A stretch of 64,000 bases of DNA from Antedon mediterranea. Lineage: Eukaryota > Animalia > Echinodermata. Below are positions 1 to 13,650 of the stretch, piece by piece (the stretch's first letter is position 1; every line of letters begins with the position of its first letter). The position numbers and the translations under genes were made by a program. The notes below the pieces were generated by a model. The model was not told the origin of the DNA. It was given only the letters and a program-made list of their open reading frames with translations, and did no database searches. The DNA is taken from the NCBI RefSeq assembly GCF_964355755.1, contig NC_092670.1:26088795-26152794 (forward strand), in the 5' to 3' direction.

Positions 1-525
1 ATATTACCAGTAAAGGTTTTTCCAGATGATCCCTTGCTAACTAATCAATATGAGAACTGTATTGAAGAAGACAGTTTCGTCATGATATTGTGGAAACTAT
101 CAAATTTTTAGAGTCAACGCTTCTATTCTGTTATGCATATAGAATTATATTGTAAATGGGTACCAATGTATTGTATCTTTTATTTCAAAAGCAAGTGAAT
201 AGTCTTATTTATTTATTCAATAAGGTTGACTGGAGTTGGAAAATATTCTGTCTCAAATCAAATCAATAGGATAAATAATATACAAGTTAAAAGTTAAAAT
301 ATTCAGTTGTAAATGGTTCACAGTTAAAATGTCAGTTTGAATACAGAGAGACCAGGGATGTAGCTACATAAATCTGAGTGTGGCTACATTCTTTTTTAGG
401 GTGGGCAGCCAAAAAAGGGAGAGGGGTTTTTTGAGGTATTAGAAGGAGAAATCGGGGTGCGAAAGATATAGCTTCTGTTTAATTTAATAAATATACTGAT
501 TTTTACATCTTTTATATAAAAAAGG

Positions 526-859
526 ACAATAATAGGCCTAGTATAACAATAGTAGGCCTAGTATAACAATAATAGGCCTAGTATAACAATAGTAGGCCTA
601 GTATAACAATAGTAGGCCTAGTATAACAATAGTAGGCCTAGTATAACAATAGTAGGCCTAGTATAACAATAATAGGCCTAGTATAACAATAGTAGGCCTA
701 GTATAACAATAGTAGGCCTAGTATAACAATAGTAGGCCTAGTATAACAATAGTAGGCCTAGTATAACAATAGTAGGGCTAGTATAACAATAGTAGGCCTA
801 GTATAACAATAGTAGGCCTAGTATAACAATAGTAGGCCTAGTATAACAATAGTAGGGCT
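526..859. repeat. Minisatellite, 20-bp unit ACAATAGTAGGCCTAGTATA, ~16-17 copies
   Basis: Near-perfect 20-nt periodicity visible directly. Confidence 0.97.
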
Positions 860-1548
860 GTAAGTATTCATTTATTGTTAATTATTGTTAATCACAGCTT
901 CACACAGGATTTACAGGAGTTGCGACAAAGCCTAATGTCATTATCCTGAACGTAGCCACCCTATGATGTATTGTTCATATCGTAGCCGGCGGAATATTAC
1001 ACTACGATGTTATGATAATTACACGTTGATTGTAGGGTGGTTCGTAGCGTTAATAAACACCAATTGCCATCTCCTTTTTTAGAAGCATGGACAATATGCA
1101 CACACACAGTGTTTTTGCTAATTAAAACCCTACCTAAATTATGTATGTTTGACGCTGGGCACAGAGCCTTGAAATTAGAATTAAACCGGGCAGAATCCTT
1201 TTAGTATAGAGACAAAAGCATGTCAATCAATAATTTGAAAAGATGCTTGTTTTAAAAAAAAAATGTATAAAAGCTATATATTATTTACAATGACTGTGTA
1301 TTTTAACTCTCTAATAAGGTCCTAATGACCGTATATTTTGACCATTTAGGCCTATTGTTTAATTTCAAAGTTTTCTCTTAACGGGTCTGAATCTTTCCTG
1401 TTCGACCAGATATTTTTATGGCAGGCAATCGTCGCCAAAAATATGATTACAAACATATAATGTACTTGCAGAAACGTACACTCGCAGAAAGGACAACAAG
1501 GGACAGGCACAAAAATGTATAACACATTCGATCATGTTGTCAATTTGT

Positions 1549-1672
1549 GAGTGAGTGTGGCCGGAGTGAGTGAGTGTGGCCGAGCGGTTAAGACAGTAGA
1601 ACCGTAATTCATAGCCATAACATCGGCAAGGTTTCGAGGCTCACTTGCTCCATGGTTCTGGTGGTAGAACAA

Positions 1673-1706
<34 letters not shown>

Positions 1707-1941
1707 ATGACATCTGGCTTATTTGCACTTTAAAGAACCTAGTACATCTTTCGAGACGAGTTCATACACACACACTGTCGTGGACAGACGTACTGGCGCT
1801 GTAGTTGGCTGCCGATGACACGATGTGACCCTTAAGGGAGAAGAATGTTGTTGAAAAGATGTAACATCTATTAGTCCACAGCGCCTTTGATCACTTGTCG
1901 CTGGAATTGGCGCTTTACAAATTCGTATATATTATATTATT
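1549..1941 (+). mobile_element. tRNA-derived SINE with L2-type 3' tail
   Basis: A box TGGCCGAGCGG (1577-1587), B-box-like GGTTTCGAGGC (~1630), core GATAAGGACTATAAACCGTAGGTCC; tail CACAGCGCCTTTGATCAC...TTACAAATT plus AT-rich end shared with the L2 fragment at 55157-55490. Confidence 0.8.
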
Positions 1942-2439
1942 CTGTGCATCCTTTTTCACGACTATGTTTTACGTTTTTATCAAGGCCAGAAGTAAACATC
2001 ACGCAACAAAAATATTAGACGGAACCACAGGAGCCTGTGACACCCTACATGGTAAGAAATTATACTCTCACACATAAAAACACATAATAGATGGCAACTA
2101 TCATTTGTCGAAAATGACACTCCCATATTCGTATATAGCTTGCACACTATTGATCAGCAAATCGATCGTTACTAACTATAAGGTGAGAGGAAAGAAATAG
2201 TTTGTATCCCAAGATTGGTTCCCACTAGAAATGCAACACAAGGACATAAGCCTCAACACGAGTGAGTTGACCAATAATCCATTGCTTGTGATTCCTAGCG
2301 TTTTAGGCAAAGTACAGTATTCGCTCAACTAAATCAATTCTGATAAATAACTCTCTCCACTGTGAATGGGTTTTCCGCCCAGTGTAGAAAGTAAAAAAAA
2401 CATCATTGAAGATTATTAATTCAATTATCGCATCTGTTT

Positions 2440-3115
2440 AGATTTTTTACATTTATTAAAAAAATGTCTTTCTCCATACTTTCCGTTAATTCTTGAAGTT
2501 GTTGATCAATAATTTCAAAATTATGTGCTTTTAAACGAATACCGTTTGTCATAATTCATAATTTTACCTATCATAGATAACATATCGCTAAGAGAAAGAG
2601 ATCGGCTATCATCATTTGTGTTATCCTCCTCTGCGCCTTCTGGTTCATTATCAACAATCTTGTCTGCTTCCTTGCCACCATTATAGATCATGATTAGTTC
2701 ATGTTTCCATTCATCGCCAATTTCTTCTACCGGAATCAAAATGTACGTTTCTATGTCTACATTAATCTATTTCTCTTACCAATTCTCGAATCTCTCATTG
2801 TTTAAACACCTAAATCCACAATGGTTGAAGCTTTTGATTATTGTAGTCTCTGATGTCTCACTCCATGATGTTGCTCTCCAATATACTGCATCCAGAACAT
2901 AAATTTGTTTTCTTGCTTGCTGATTGTGCATCATCAACTTTCGCTAAAACACTCCGTAACAACCTGGCTCTGTAGCGACTTTTAAACGAGTTGAGTAGCT
3001 GTAAAACAGACATTGTATTTTCTGGTAGGAACGTGATTTTGACTTTTTTAATCCAACATGAGAGGAAGCTTTATCAGGAAGTAATAAAATATTTCAAGTC
3101 CGTCAAATAATTATC
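2440..3115 (-). pseudogene. Decayed pogo/Tigger (DDE_1) transposase, C-terminal half
   Basis: Frameshifted minus-strand peptides ILLLPDKASSH, FLPENTMSVLQLLNSFKSRYRARLLRSV, IYVLDAVYWRATSWSETSETTIIKSFNHCGF, then an acidic tail (ORF 2521..2739); these correspond to Tigger/TIGD motifs FLPPNTTS.LQP and LDA...AW..V...TI..CF...GF. Confidence 0.8.
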
Positions 3116-4413
3116 AAACCAGTCATTTTGATTTGCTTTCCACACCCCACCCAGTCGATCTTTTATGCATAGAAACATAATAAGATGATGTTGCCGCTAT
3201 ACATGATCTGATGGACTCCATATACTGCCCGCGATTTATAAATGTCACCTGTCCAGCCGCAAATATCTTGCACTGCATGATCACATGATCTGATGAACTC
3301 CATATCAACCACAGAAAAAACCGTAACTAGCCTGAAAAACATTTAGAGTCTCATCGGCCATGTTTCGTAAGTTCATACGTAACGTATTAATTAACAATCT
3401 CCTATGTTATGTACCGCAGTGGTAAAATCCACAAGTATCATGCCGGGCCATTTTAACCCCTAGAACTTTTCATAAATCACTATCAGTGAATAAAATGCGT
3501 GGCTATATCAATAGTAAAAAATGCAGTCGAGTTTGAATCCGCGAAATGTTTAGATAAAAAGTATCATTGCTTAAAGCAACAACTAGACCATAATTTAATT
3601 ACAAAAGTAGTAAATAAGATAAAAACAAAGTTTCCACAAAAATATTGCAAAATATCAAAACCTTTGAAAAAAAATGTAAAAGAATCAAAATAAAAAACAC
3701 AAACAAATCAAAATTGTTTGATATTTTGGTGAAAACAACATACCATGTATAATAACACTGAACACTGAAATTATGGAAAAACAATTACTTAATTAATTAA
3801 CAATGTGTGAGCAATATGAGTTCGTTTGTGTGATATAGGTTGTGCGATTCAAGTTCACTTTTTTATTTTATCTATAGCATTTATATCACTGTATCTGAGC
3901 ATATTTAAAACAACTACTATCAATTAATACACCATGAAAAACGCTCAAACTATATAGTTTGGTATTTTATACTTTTACACATATCATCTAATTTCAACTA
4001 CCACCACCATGTGCACTTTTTTGTGTTCATTTCAAGTCCGTAAGCATGTGTAATTTTGTTATTCCAATACTTCACATCATATTTTTATAAATTACCAATT
4101 CATATTTTATCATTGAAATGTTTTCAACTGTCGACTGATTGACAGAGTTCAACATGCATGTCCCTCTCATCTACTTCTTGCCCTCCTATTCTACATGTAC
4201 ATAATTATCCACATTGTCACTTCTGATGCGCACCCTAGATTATTTACGCAGCACAATTTTTCTTTAGCATCTTTTATTTTCGTAGGTTAATTTGATACGA
4301 TACAGTTTTTCCATTTACATTTTAAAGAATAATTTAACCTGACAATGTAAAACATTTTGGGGTCAAAGGTCAGTAAAAGAATTTCTGGTCATTTTATGGC
4401 TAAAATTTGTGTT

Positions 4414-4520
4414 ACCGTATATTTCGGTGTATAAGTCGCACCTGTGTATAAGACGCACCGCCTAACTGAGAGTAAAATATCGGTATTTTTTATATCGTCA
4501 ATGTATAAGACGCACTTTAT
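4414..4520. mobile_element. One end of a pogo-type MITE
   Basis: TA+CCGTATATTTCGGTGTATAAG followed by repeated GTATAAGACGCAC motifs; partner end not found. Confidence 0.5.
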
Positions 4521-5673
4521 ATTTCATCAAAACAATGTTTTTTTTTTCAAATTGTAATCAATATTATTGTAATAAGGCGTCATGTCCAAATGTTTTCAAA
4601 CTGCCAAAGCGCGTTAATCGCGTTTTCTTTTGTTTTAGCGTTAGCGTGAAAATTCTAAAATCGTCAGACCGTTTGGAAAATGGACAATATGCATAGCTTG
4701 TAATAGTTCCGCCCACTAACATGCTTGACTTTTACGAATCATTTAACGTCGTTATGAATCGCTTCGTGAACGTCGTTTAAGCCTGTTTTCCTGTCGACGT
4801 TATTCGACGCTATCATACTTTTTTAACTAACGACGATGATACAAAATGTCGGCGATTTACAGGAAAAGGTGTAATAATCGACGGTAATTGACGCTACAAT
4901 TCGCAATCGTTGACAATCGCAAGAGTTGAATCCAGTTCAACTCTAGCAATATCGCAACGCTAAAACGTAAGAACTGACCAATCATCTTGGCGATACAGCA
5001 CATGACATCACGTAATTGATGGAAAATTCTGCTGACTACATTTATTTTTGTTGCATCGCGGTGCGGTCAGAGCTAGGCCTAGCCTTGCCAAAGTGGCTAT
5101 AAAATGATGTTCCGGAAAAAAAAAAAACACTGTTGCAAAGCTTATATATTATGATTTAAATAATCTTAATATATAAAAAAAAAATAAATAAAAATTTCCT
5201 ACAAAATTGGGTCTTGCCTGATCGGGTCACATATATTATACATCTGCGATTTACAAACAGTACAGTTAAATCAATTGTTATTAAATGATCCAGGCAGATT
5301 GCACATGTTGATAGAGGCTTGAAGCCAATCATACATGCCTCAGCTGTGGAGACTGGTAACACGTCATGTCGGTGAGACTGCAGCAGCCTAAAATTTGTAC
5401 ATGCTGTCAATTTGTCATGTTTATTTGTATTTTAATCACAAATTTTAAATGAATAAAAGATAAAAACAACACAAGCCAAGAACCTACACATTTGATATCT
5501 GTTTTTTTCTAAAAAATGTAGTAATTTTCATGGTTTTTACAAATTTGACAACAAAAATGGCGACCTTTCTCGAAAGCAAATTTGTTCTTAGAATAAATGT
5601 AGCAACATTTTTTTGTGTTCAATGCATGTGAACGTCAGAAGATAATTTTGGTATGGTATAAATTCTAATAATA

Positions 5674-6149
5674 TGTAGACTTAGGTCATTTGGTATAAAC
5701 TCTGCTATAATGTCGTCCTTCTATAGGTCAGTTATAGAGAGTGTTATAACGTATTCTTTAACGGTATGGTTCGGTAGCACTACCGAAAATGAAAAGCGTG
5801 ACCTAAATAGAATAGTCAAGACAACATCGCGTATAATTTGATCTGCACAATTGCCTTTGGAGAACATTTTTGTGGATCGTCTTCTGAAAAAGACAGTGGC
5901 TATCAAAGATGATCATCATCCGGCCACTAGTATGTTCCAGGTGATGCGCATTGGTTGGCAATTTCGATTTACAAATAGTTTCTTTCCAGAAGATATTAGA
6001 GCCTTAAACATCATGTAGACACTTTTTAAATGTTTTGAGTACGTGTTATGTCCGTTGAGTACGTATTGTGTTCTGCCAACAAAGCAAACAGAATTTATAT
6101 GGTTTTTTTTTCTTAAAACAAATGACAATAAATGATACTTGACTTGACA
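5674..6149 (+). mobile_element. Rex1/Babar-like LINE 3' fragment
   Basis: RLRSFGINSAIMSSFYRSVIESVITYSLTVWFGS...LNRIVKTTSRII*, HHPA, RFTNSFFP; AATAAA then an (ACTTG)n tail. Confidence 0.75.
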
Positions 6150-8714
6150 TGAATATTATAATCTAATGCAGATATTCAGGCATCAAATTATACCGTTTGT
6201 AGCGATAAACTTTATTTTACTTTTTCATAATTCTAAACTGTTTTAAGTAGGCTACTACTAGGCCTAGACTTGGCCTTTTTTGTTTTTTGGTAATTGTTTT
6301 TTTTTAATAATGGCCTTGGTGCCTTTCAAGTTGGCCTTGTTTCCCCTTAAATTAACGAAAAACCGGAGGCCAACTGCCTTGCCACTAAAATTCCCTAAAA
6401 ATTGGAGGCCTGTGATATTAATTTAATAATATAACTGTATCGACATGGTTTTTGTATGATTTTTTAATAATTAAAAATTGTTTTGATTGAATCGAATGGA
6501 AAAAAGATGATAAGCAAAACACAGTGTTTCAGCAGAGAAGAGTCTAGTTTCATTTTTCTCTGATAAGCAGCACCGCGATGATCAAAGCTTTGTGCTTTGC
6601 TACCATCTTTTTTCCTTTTTTTTAAATCTTACAGTGATATATCTTTTAAGACAATTTTACAGTGAAAATTATGTCCATAAGAAATTCATTTTTTAATGAC
6701 TTGTCTTCCGAAAACGACATTGCCACGCAATGTCATTTCTATTGGTTATGCTTCCCTGCATAGCGTTGTTTGTCATCGATTGACGTTAATTAATTGAAAT
6801 TAAAAGTACAGTACAGCATACATCGATTTATAAGAACTTTAATTATGTGGATTGTCAGAAATCGGCATTGAAGCTGTCGTGGGTTACAGTTCTCTATAAA
6901 TAACGCGGCCTGAAATAGTATACAAATTGTTTCAACTCGGGTTTAAAGATAATATTCAGATAAAGTTTAATATTAATTAAAACATTAAATTGCCACCAGG
7001 TGAAATTGTAGGCTCTAATCATCTGGAGCCCAGACCTGTCCAACTCCTCATCATATTGATCAACAAGCATACTGAACTGGTTGTTGTGGTGGATTGATTG
7101 CTAAACTATACTAATTAATAAATAGGAAAAAAGCTTATGGAATTTTTTAGGTATATTTTTAATATTCAACATATTAGTACGTTATACTTTCTTGGTCAAT
7201 CCTATCATCCTATTCTATTATTATTAAACATGCATTCAAACTACAGTAGCAAGGTACGAATAACTACATTATTTCTGCATATTAATATTAATGTATTTTC
7301 AAATTCATCATCTGATCCTCTTTCGGTGGTCCGAAGGTTTGTCATTAACATTTGATTAAAATATTTACATATTTGTCAATATTTAAGAATTAAAAAGTCT
7401 GTATCAATGATTGACACTTAACACAAGCGAGGCAATCATCTATTGATTTAGGGACCGTTTTTTAAATTTTCGAACTAAATGGGGCCTAAACTTACTGTGA
7501 CGTATGTGTGAACAAAATGTCTATCTAATTTAATAAATATCACACTAGGCTAGACCACAAGTCCTTTTAATTTATATTTTAAAATAAATGTTAAAACAGA
7601 TCTTCTGTTTACAAAAATACCTTGGATTTCAAAATTGGACTACTAGAATTGAAATAGCTACAGTATTTGAAATGCTACAGTACAGTATTTTTTTTAAAAA
7701 AACAAATAATTGAAATTGCGATATTTCGAAAACCGCTAGTCAGATGAAGATAAAATATAAAATTTGAAATTTGGGCTTAACTCGCTAACAATTATCCATA
7801 CACCATTATCATTACAATTTCATGAAAAATATAGGAGGTAGGATTTAGAAATGCATTTTTTTGGGTGAACATTGATTTTCCACAAACAAATAAATACAAT
7901 CACATGATAATAATATATAGTATTCGATAACTGAAATAACAAAATTAGGATAAAGGTGTGTGGATGGAGGCCAAAATAAGTCATGGCCACTGGTTAAAAT
8001 AAAAATAAGTTTAAATGGTGGTGGTTGAAAAATGTAGCAGATAACATACGTCACAGGCAGTCTGAATTAACAAAGAGTTTAACGAATTAAAGACATACTG
8101 CATCATTGAAATAAAAAATATATATTTATGCAAATTAAACAATTTTTCTTGGACAATGCTAAGAACAAGCACAAATCACGGTAGGCTGGTAGGCCTATCG
8201 AGGAGGAGAGTATGGAAGTCAAGTAGCCTAGCTAGGCCAAACATAGTGTCTTTTTCCCTTGCAGTTGCAAATCATATTTATGATTCCCGATAAAATCTTG
8301 TAATATCATTATTATCATTTCCCATTATTTTTGCGTTGAAAAAAAACCTGCTTTAAATCTAAAATGGTTTTACCTGGAGGTCTTCAAAATAAAATTTAAT
8401 GATAAAAAAGATCAACGTTTCGGAAAACCAACATGCAACCATTCTCAAGAACAAATGAGTAAAATGAACAAAATACAAAGTACCAAAGGGTAACAGGAAA
8501 TATATTATTATTAATAAAAAAGACTGAAAAGCCTAAAAGCTCCTCCATCAATTGTTAAATAATTTTGCTTTGATTGAGTCATTTTTTTTGTTAAGTGTAG
8601 TGACGGTTTCAACTCTTTTATCCATAACATTTCATTAATTAAACAATTAAATTTAGATTTGCACTAACCCAAGCTTGTTAACTAGCAATGCATTGTTTAC
8701 AATGTGGCTTGTGT

Positions 8715-9264
8715 GGTAGCGGGACGATTCGGTCCTGAGAGGATTCGGCCTGGGACCATTTAGCTCGGGACCATTTAGCTCGGGACCATTCAGCCCTGAG
8801 ATGATTTAGCACACTTAAATTTATCGGCTTTGATATGTATTTTATAAATTTAAGATAAGCTTTTTTCCCCAAACTTTATTTTCAGAGAGACTATGGGGTA
8901 GTACTATTTACTAGGGATAAAGATGCAATAAAGCAAACATTTTAAAAACATTGTCGAAAATGATCATTTTTTAGTCACGCAAACGATGTAAACAAGTTAC
9001 ACCCTCTGTTGGCCGCTTGGAGAATGCACGAAAAAGTTTTCGAAGTAATAAATTGAATATAAAATTACGTTTTTTTAGTAATTTATTTTATATATTATAT
9101 CAACATTGTCAGTATCAATAAAATACAAATTGTTAAACACCTTTAAAAACTTAACTTTAAATAAATAAATACCAAAAAACATGAATATGGTCTAAAGTGA
9201 GATGTTTTGGCCCACCAAAAGTGGGCTGAATCAGCCCGGGTCGAATCGTCTCAGGGCCAAATCG
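8715..9264. mobile_element. Non-autonomous DNA element with 15-bp subterminal tandem repeats (partial second copy at 45074-45345)
   Basis: GGGACCATTTAGCTC-type 15-mers at the left, inverted versions at 9222-9264; internal sequence nearly identical to 45074-45345. Confidence 0.7.
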
Positions 9265-9497
9265 TAAATATGATTTCAGAACAATCGCGAGATTAAGGAT
9301 ATCGCCGCACTCACTCGACGTACAGCCGTCACCGTAAATTACTAGAAATGTTAGCGATTTGCCAGACTTTGCCAGAAAACTCATTACGTAAATTTTGCGA
9401 TGCATCTGTGACGTCACAGCAATTTACGGCGACGGCTGTACGGCGAGCGCGTGTGGCAATATCCTTAATTTTAGCGATGGTTCTGAAATCATATGTA
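9265..9497. mobile_element. Palindromic MITE with TA ends, nested in the preceding element
   Basis: ~75-bp imperfect inverted arms ATATGATTTCAGAAC...CCGTAAATT / AATTTACGG...GTTCTGAAATCATAT. Confidence 0.75.
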
Positions 9498-9984
9498 TAA
9501 CCCTAATACGTTGTTAAAATATGGTCCTCGATCGGTCAAGTTGTCCTGTAAGTATTATTATTAAGTATTGTCTAAGTGCACATCTAAATTTGATTGTTTA
9601 TCCTTTTCCTCATTCAAAACTAGACTCATGACTTTTCCCAAACTATGTACAGTAATCCTTTTCCAGATTTTAAATTATAAAATATGAGATATAAAGTATA
9701 TATATTTGTTATTTTTGCTTAATTTAACATCAGTTATTTACTATATTCCAAATTTTCTCATTCAGATTTTTAATTCTCATTGTAATTTATTTTATTTATA
9801 AGCTTTTGTTTTTCTTTAACTTTTCTGTTATTGTTGTATTTTGTGTATTGTATCTGTTTTGCGGATGGATTACCCTCATTAAATATGGTTCAAATAAAAT
9901 TTAAATAAATAAAATTACCTGGAGGTCATAGTATTATTAAATTACAATGCTTATCCAAATTTAACACAAAAGTGAAGAACTATA

Positions 9985-10489
9985 CTGTACATCTTCTAAT
10001 AGTAACCCACACTCTAATAGTAACCCCCCTTCTAATAGTAACCCACACTCTAATAGTAACCCCCCTTCTAATAGTAACCCACACTCTAATAGCAACCCCC
10101 CTTCTAATAGTAACCCACACTCTAATAGTAACCCCCCTTCTAATAGTAACCCACACTCTAATAGCAACCTACCTTATTAGTCAATATATAATAATAACCC
10201 ACTACTCTAATAGTAACCCATGGGGGTATCTATTAGGGTCACAAACACTTTTGATGCAGGCATATTTTTAAAATAAGGAGATAATGCATGTTGATCTCCG
10301 GAGTGGGGGAGGATTGAGTGTTTTTGAGTTTATAAAATAAAGTTATTATTTTGGTATGAGTTGCTGACCGGAATAGTTGGGTTACTATTTTCAGATGCCT
10401 AATTTAAGATTAGTAATAGTAACCCACTACTCTAATAGTAAACCCCCTTCTAATAGTAACCCACCCTAAAAACCAATCAAGATTTACGG
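9985..10489. mobile_element. pogo-type MITE with expanded 18-bp subterminal array (related inverted copy at 50870-51320)
   Basis: TA-flanked termini CTGTACATCTT / AAGATTTACGG; CTAATAGTAACCC(ACACT/CCCTT) 18-mer about 10 copies; body matches the reverse complement of 50870-51320. Confidence 0.8.
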
Positions 10490-10678
10490 TAGCCATGCTC
10501 AAATTCCCTCTCAGCTGTACTCCTGGAAAGCAAATACTTTTTCCAGACCCAAATGTGTCTGATTACAGGCAGTTCAACACTAAAACATACATTAAAAAAA
10601 AAGATGTTTGAAGACTTGAATGTCAAATGAATAATCATTTCTGTTCAAGGATAAAAAAAATGTAATGCCTATTCTCAC

Positions 10679-10886
10679 CTTATTTGAGCGAAGTGTAACT
10701 TTACCCCCACATCGAGCACATGACTTTGTTTGGCAATAATTACATGAATGACCCACACCATCAGCGAACTTGACTTTGTGACATATTTGGCAGTAGGCAC
10801 CACTGACATTTAACCCTCGTTCTTTTGCCTCTTTGCTCACTTGATGTACTGCCTGCGTGTAGTTTTCAAGATCATCTTCTAACACC
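10679..10886 (-). CDS. RIMS2: RIM/RIMS coding exon 2, first part of the FYVE-like zinc finger; the gene continues off the left edge
   Basis: ttttttctttgtag acceptor; VLEDDLENYTQAVHQ...CQICHKVKFADGVGHSCNYCQTKSCARCGGKVTLRSNK; donor GTGAGA. Matches the RIM motif CHKTKFADGCGH.C.YCQTKFCARCGGRVSLRSNK. No further RIM exon was recognised in 1..10678. Confidence 0.93.
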
Positions 10887-11849
10887 CTACAAAGAAAAAA
10901 CAATTATACAAATTTTAATAATTTGGCATGAAGCCTATCTCAGGATGACTAAGGGCCTGTTGCTGCTGAGCAGTAACAATCAGTTATTAACCGATTATTT
11001 TTGGCCAGCAGAAACGGCGCAAAATAACATAACCGATTAAAAACACTCAATCCATTTTTAGCTACAACACAAATAGAGATTATTGACCACATGTTGACCT
11101 CTAGTCAACTCGTCAGTATGGCAACACTCACTCACAAAGCATGCTGTTTATTTGCGCGATCAGCAAAACGACGATGTGGACAGATGAGATAACATGCGAT
11201 TATTATTATTTGTGGGGGAGAATCATAGTGAGAGACTCCAGGGGAATAAAAAGGATTCTGTGTTTAATTGGTACACCGTTACATCCCGCCAGTCCAGGCT
11301 AACAATGTTTTGCATGTCCTTTTTTAGGCCTGTCATTTTCGGTAGAGATATGTAGCCTAGCCTAGCTAGTAGAGTAGTATAGTAGTGATTTTTTTAAGAA
11401 GCGATTACCAGGATAACGTCTGAGACAATTTTCAGTTGCAACGCGGACAATTCTGTGGTTTGTGGTACTTGGGAATAATCGATTATTTTGATTTTTTTCA
11501 GCAGAAACAGGGCGATATATGGCTATATATATCTATACAAAACCTGCGCTAAAGCATCTTCTTTCTTTCCATATTCTTTCCTTATCCTATTTTGTCTGGC
11601 AATTAAGATATATTCATTTTTAGTTCCATATGGCCAGGAATCCCTTAAATCAGCTTTTTACAGTGATAAAAAAAAACTTTGCAGATATCTTTACAACCAG
11701 TTATAATATTTATACTAAATTCAGTGCTAATAAACTTCAGGTCAATTTTCAACTAAATTAGAGCAAGTTTTAGGCAATTTTTGTTTTATATATTCACTTT
11801 TTAAATTGAGGTCAAACTTGGTCAGTTGAAATATGCATAATTTCAAAAT

Positions 11850-12203
11850 GTATCACGGTGCTGACGTCACAACGGTAGGCTAGCGCAACCAAAAATGCGT
11901 TCAACCTGCCTAAGTAACTCCCACCAATGGTTTGGAATAGGCTTATTGAAGTAGTCATTTTAAAACTTAATAATTTTCAATAAAAACAAACTAAAATTTC
12001 AAAAGATCACTAAATATTTGTTTTAATAATCTATTTATTCTTCAACTTCAGTTTAAGTTACAAAAAATCAAGCTAAGATACATAATTTGATAGAAATACA
12101 GATCTTTACAGTTTTTCATCATAGTAGCGTTGAACGCATTTTTTGGTTGGCTAGCAACCATGCAACGCCCGCTATCGTTGTGACGTCACACCGTGATACT
12201 CTA
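11850..12203. mobile_element. MITE, ~350-370 bp (second copy at 56500-56871)
   Basis: TIR GTATCACGGTG..TGACGTCAC / GTGACGTCACACCGTGATAC; body nearly identical to 56500-56871. Confidence 0.85.
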
Positions 12204-12614
12204 TAGTTTAGAATGCAGAGTAACCCTCATTTTTTTTTAAGTGTCTTCATATTCACATATATATCAATTTTAAAATGTTAACCTATTTTCTTTAAAATGT
12301 TAACATTTAGTGTTCTTTTTTGTCTTATGTAGGTTCATTCCACTTTTATTTCTATACATTGTAATTAGTTTAATTAATACGGGTCACTTTTTATTACGTG
12401 GAGCTATGACAGATTGAAATATACTGTAGAGATGAAATTAAGCAAGTTACGTTATTCTAATTTTTTAATTATTATTATTACAATTTTGTAACGCATGTGA
12501 AAGAGAATTGATTTAGAAATAACACATTAAAATCTATGGCGAAATGGGATAATCATTAGCACAATGCGCTCTATGAAATGGGATTAATCAGCACTATGTA
12601 TGTGACTGATTAAA

Positions 12615-13650
12615 TAGTCTGGGTTCCAGACAGAGTATTGTTCTTTATAGTAAAAAGATAAATATTTTGGCACATATGGCGTTTCATACGTATACTACTT
12701 GATTTTGGATACTCCGTCTGGGGAAACACGTACAAGTCACATGTTTTGACACCAAGAATTCTTGGTGCATACGATTATTCAGTAGATTAGTTTCAGCCAC
12801 GTGCCATTGGCTACTCACTCGTACGCTGTTTTAATATTCATATTTCAGAATTTCAAACAACTAAGATGATGCGCATGCGCTATGTTACGTTTAGACAATG
12901 TGTACTTGGATACATTGATGAACGTTTCTGAAGGCTAAGAAATGATTTTATATGCCTAGTAGTCTGGTAAACATTTGATGGGATTTTTCCCCAAGAACAT
13001 AAAAACTCGTTTTGATACATGATAGGCTAGCTTCTCCGCAAATCAAACATTGAATGGATCATTTATTATGCGGAGATAATTTGATTTAATTCTCACTCAG
13101 CCCAGACCCTGTCCCTGTGTGGTAGTGTGTAGCTCTGTTGTGTGCCCCTTATTGGCGTTTTATTTGGCAGGTCATACGAACGAGTTGAGTAGGCCTACGA
13201 AGGAGGCCTAGGCCAGGACTAAACAATTAATAAACAAAACAACTTGGCAACACGATATTATAATATTTTCATCCTTCATACCCTTTATATAATGGACGAT
13301 CCATAGTTATTTTCTGAGCATTCATTTTCGCGACTTCGTTGTACGTTTTTGTGTTTGTCTGTTTCAGCGAACACGTTGTACGTTTTTGTGAGTACGTTGT
13401 ACATTTCTGCGAGTACGTTGTACATTTCTGCGAGTACGTTGTACGTTTGCGAGTACGTTGTACGTTTCTGCGAGTACGTTGTACGTTTCTGCGAGTACGT
13501 TGTATATTTCCACCAATATATTGTATGTTTGTAATTGTATATTTGGCGGTGATTGCCTTCCATATATACGTGTTTCACAAGTCTGTATTTTCAGACAAAA
13601 ATCGAAATAAAAACAAATACATTTTAAAAAAGACAATGAATACAAACTTG
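12615..13650 (+). repeat. Left copy of a ~1-kb inverted repeat pair (partner 26298-27249); terminus TAGTCTGGG
   Basis: 12615-13255 and 13560-13650 align to the reverse complement of 26598-27249 and 26298-26400. Confidence 0.85.
13370..13505. repeat. 21-bp tandem repeat GAGTACGTTGTACGTTTCTGC, ~6 copies
   Basis: Periodicity visible directly; a related inverted fragment lies at ~1425-1500. Confidence 0.9.

Noticed and set aside
1570-1650. tRNA gene
   Set aside because: A/B boxes present but no clean cloverleaf, and it continues into a SINE body and tail; the tRNA-like pieces at ~48450-48510 and ~61190-61262 are likewise not convincing tRNA genes
9961-10271. Repetitive ORFs (LLECGLLLEGG / LIVTHTLIVTP)
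   Set aside because: Translations of the 18-bp MITE array; no splice or domain support
1-10678. RIMS exon 3 (expected W.C.LC...Q..L..SG.W)
   Set aside because: No such peptide recognised on the minus strand; it probably lies left of the window
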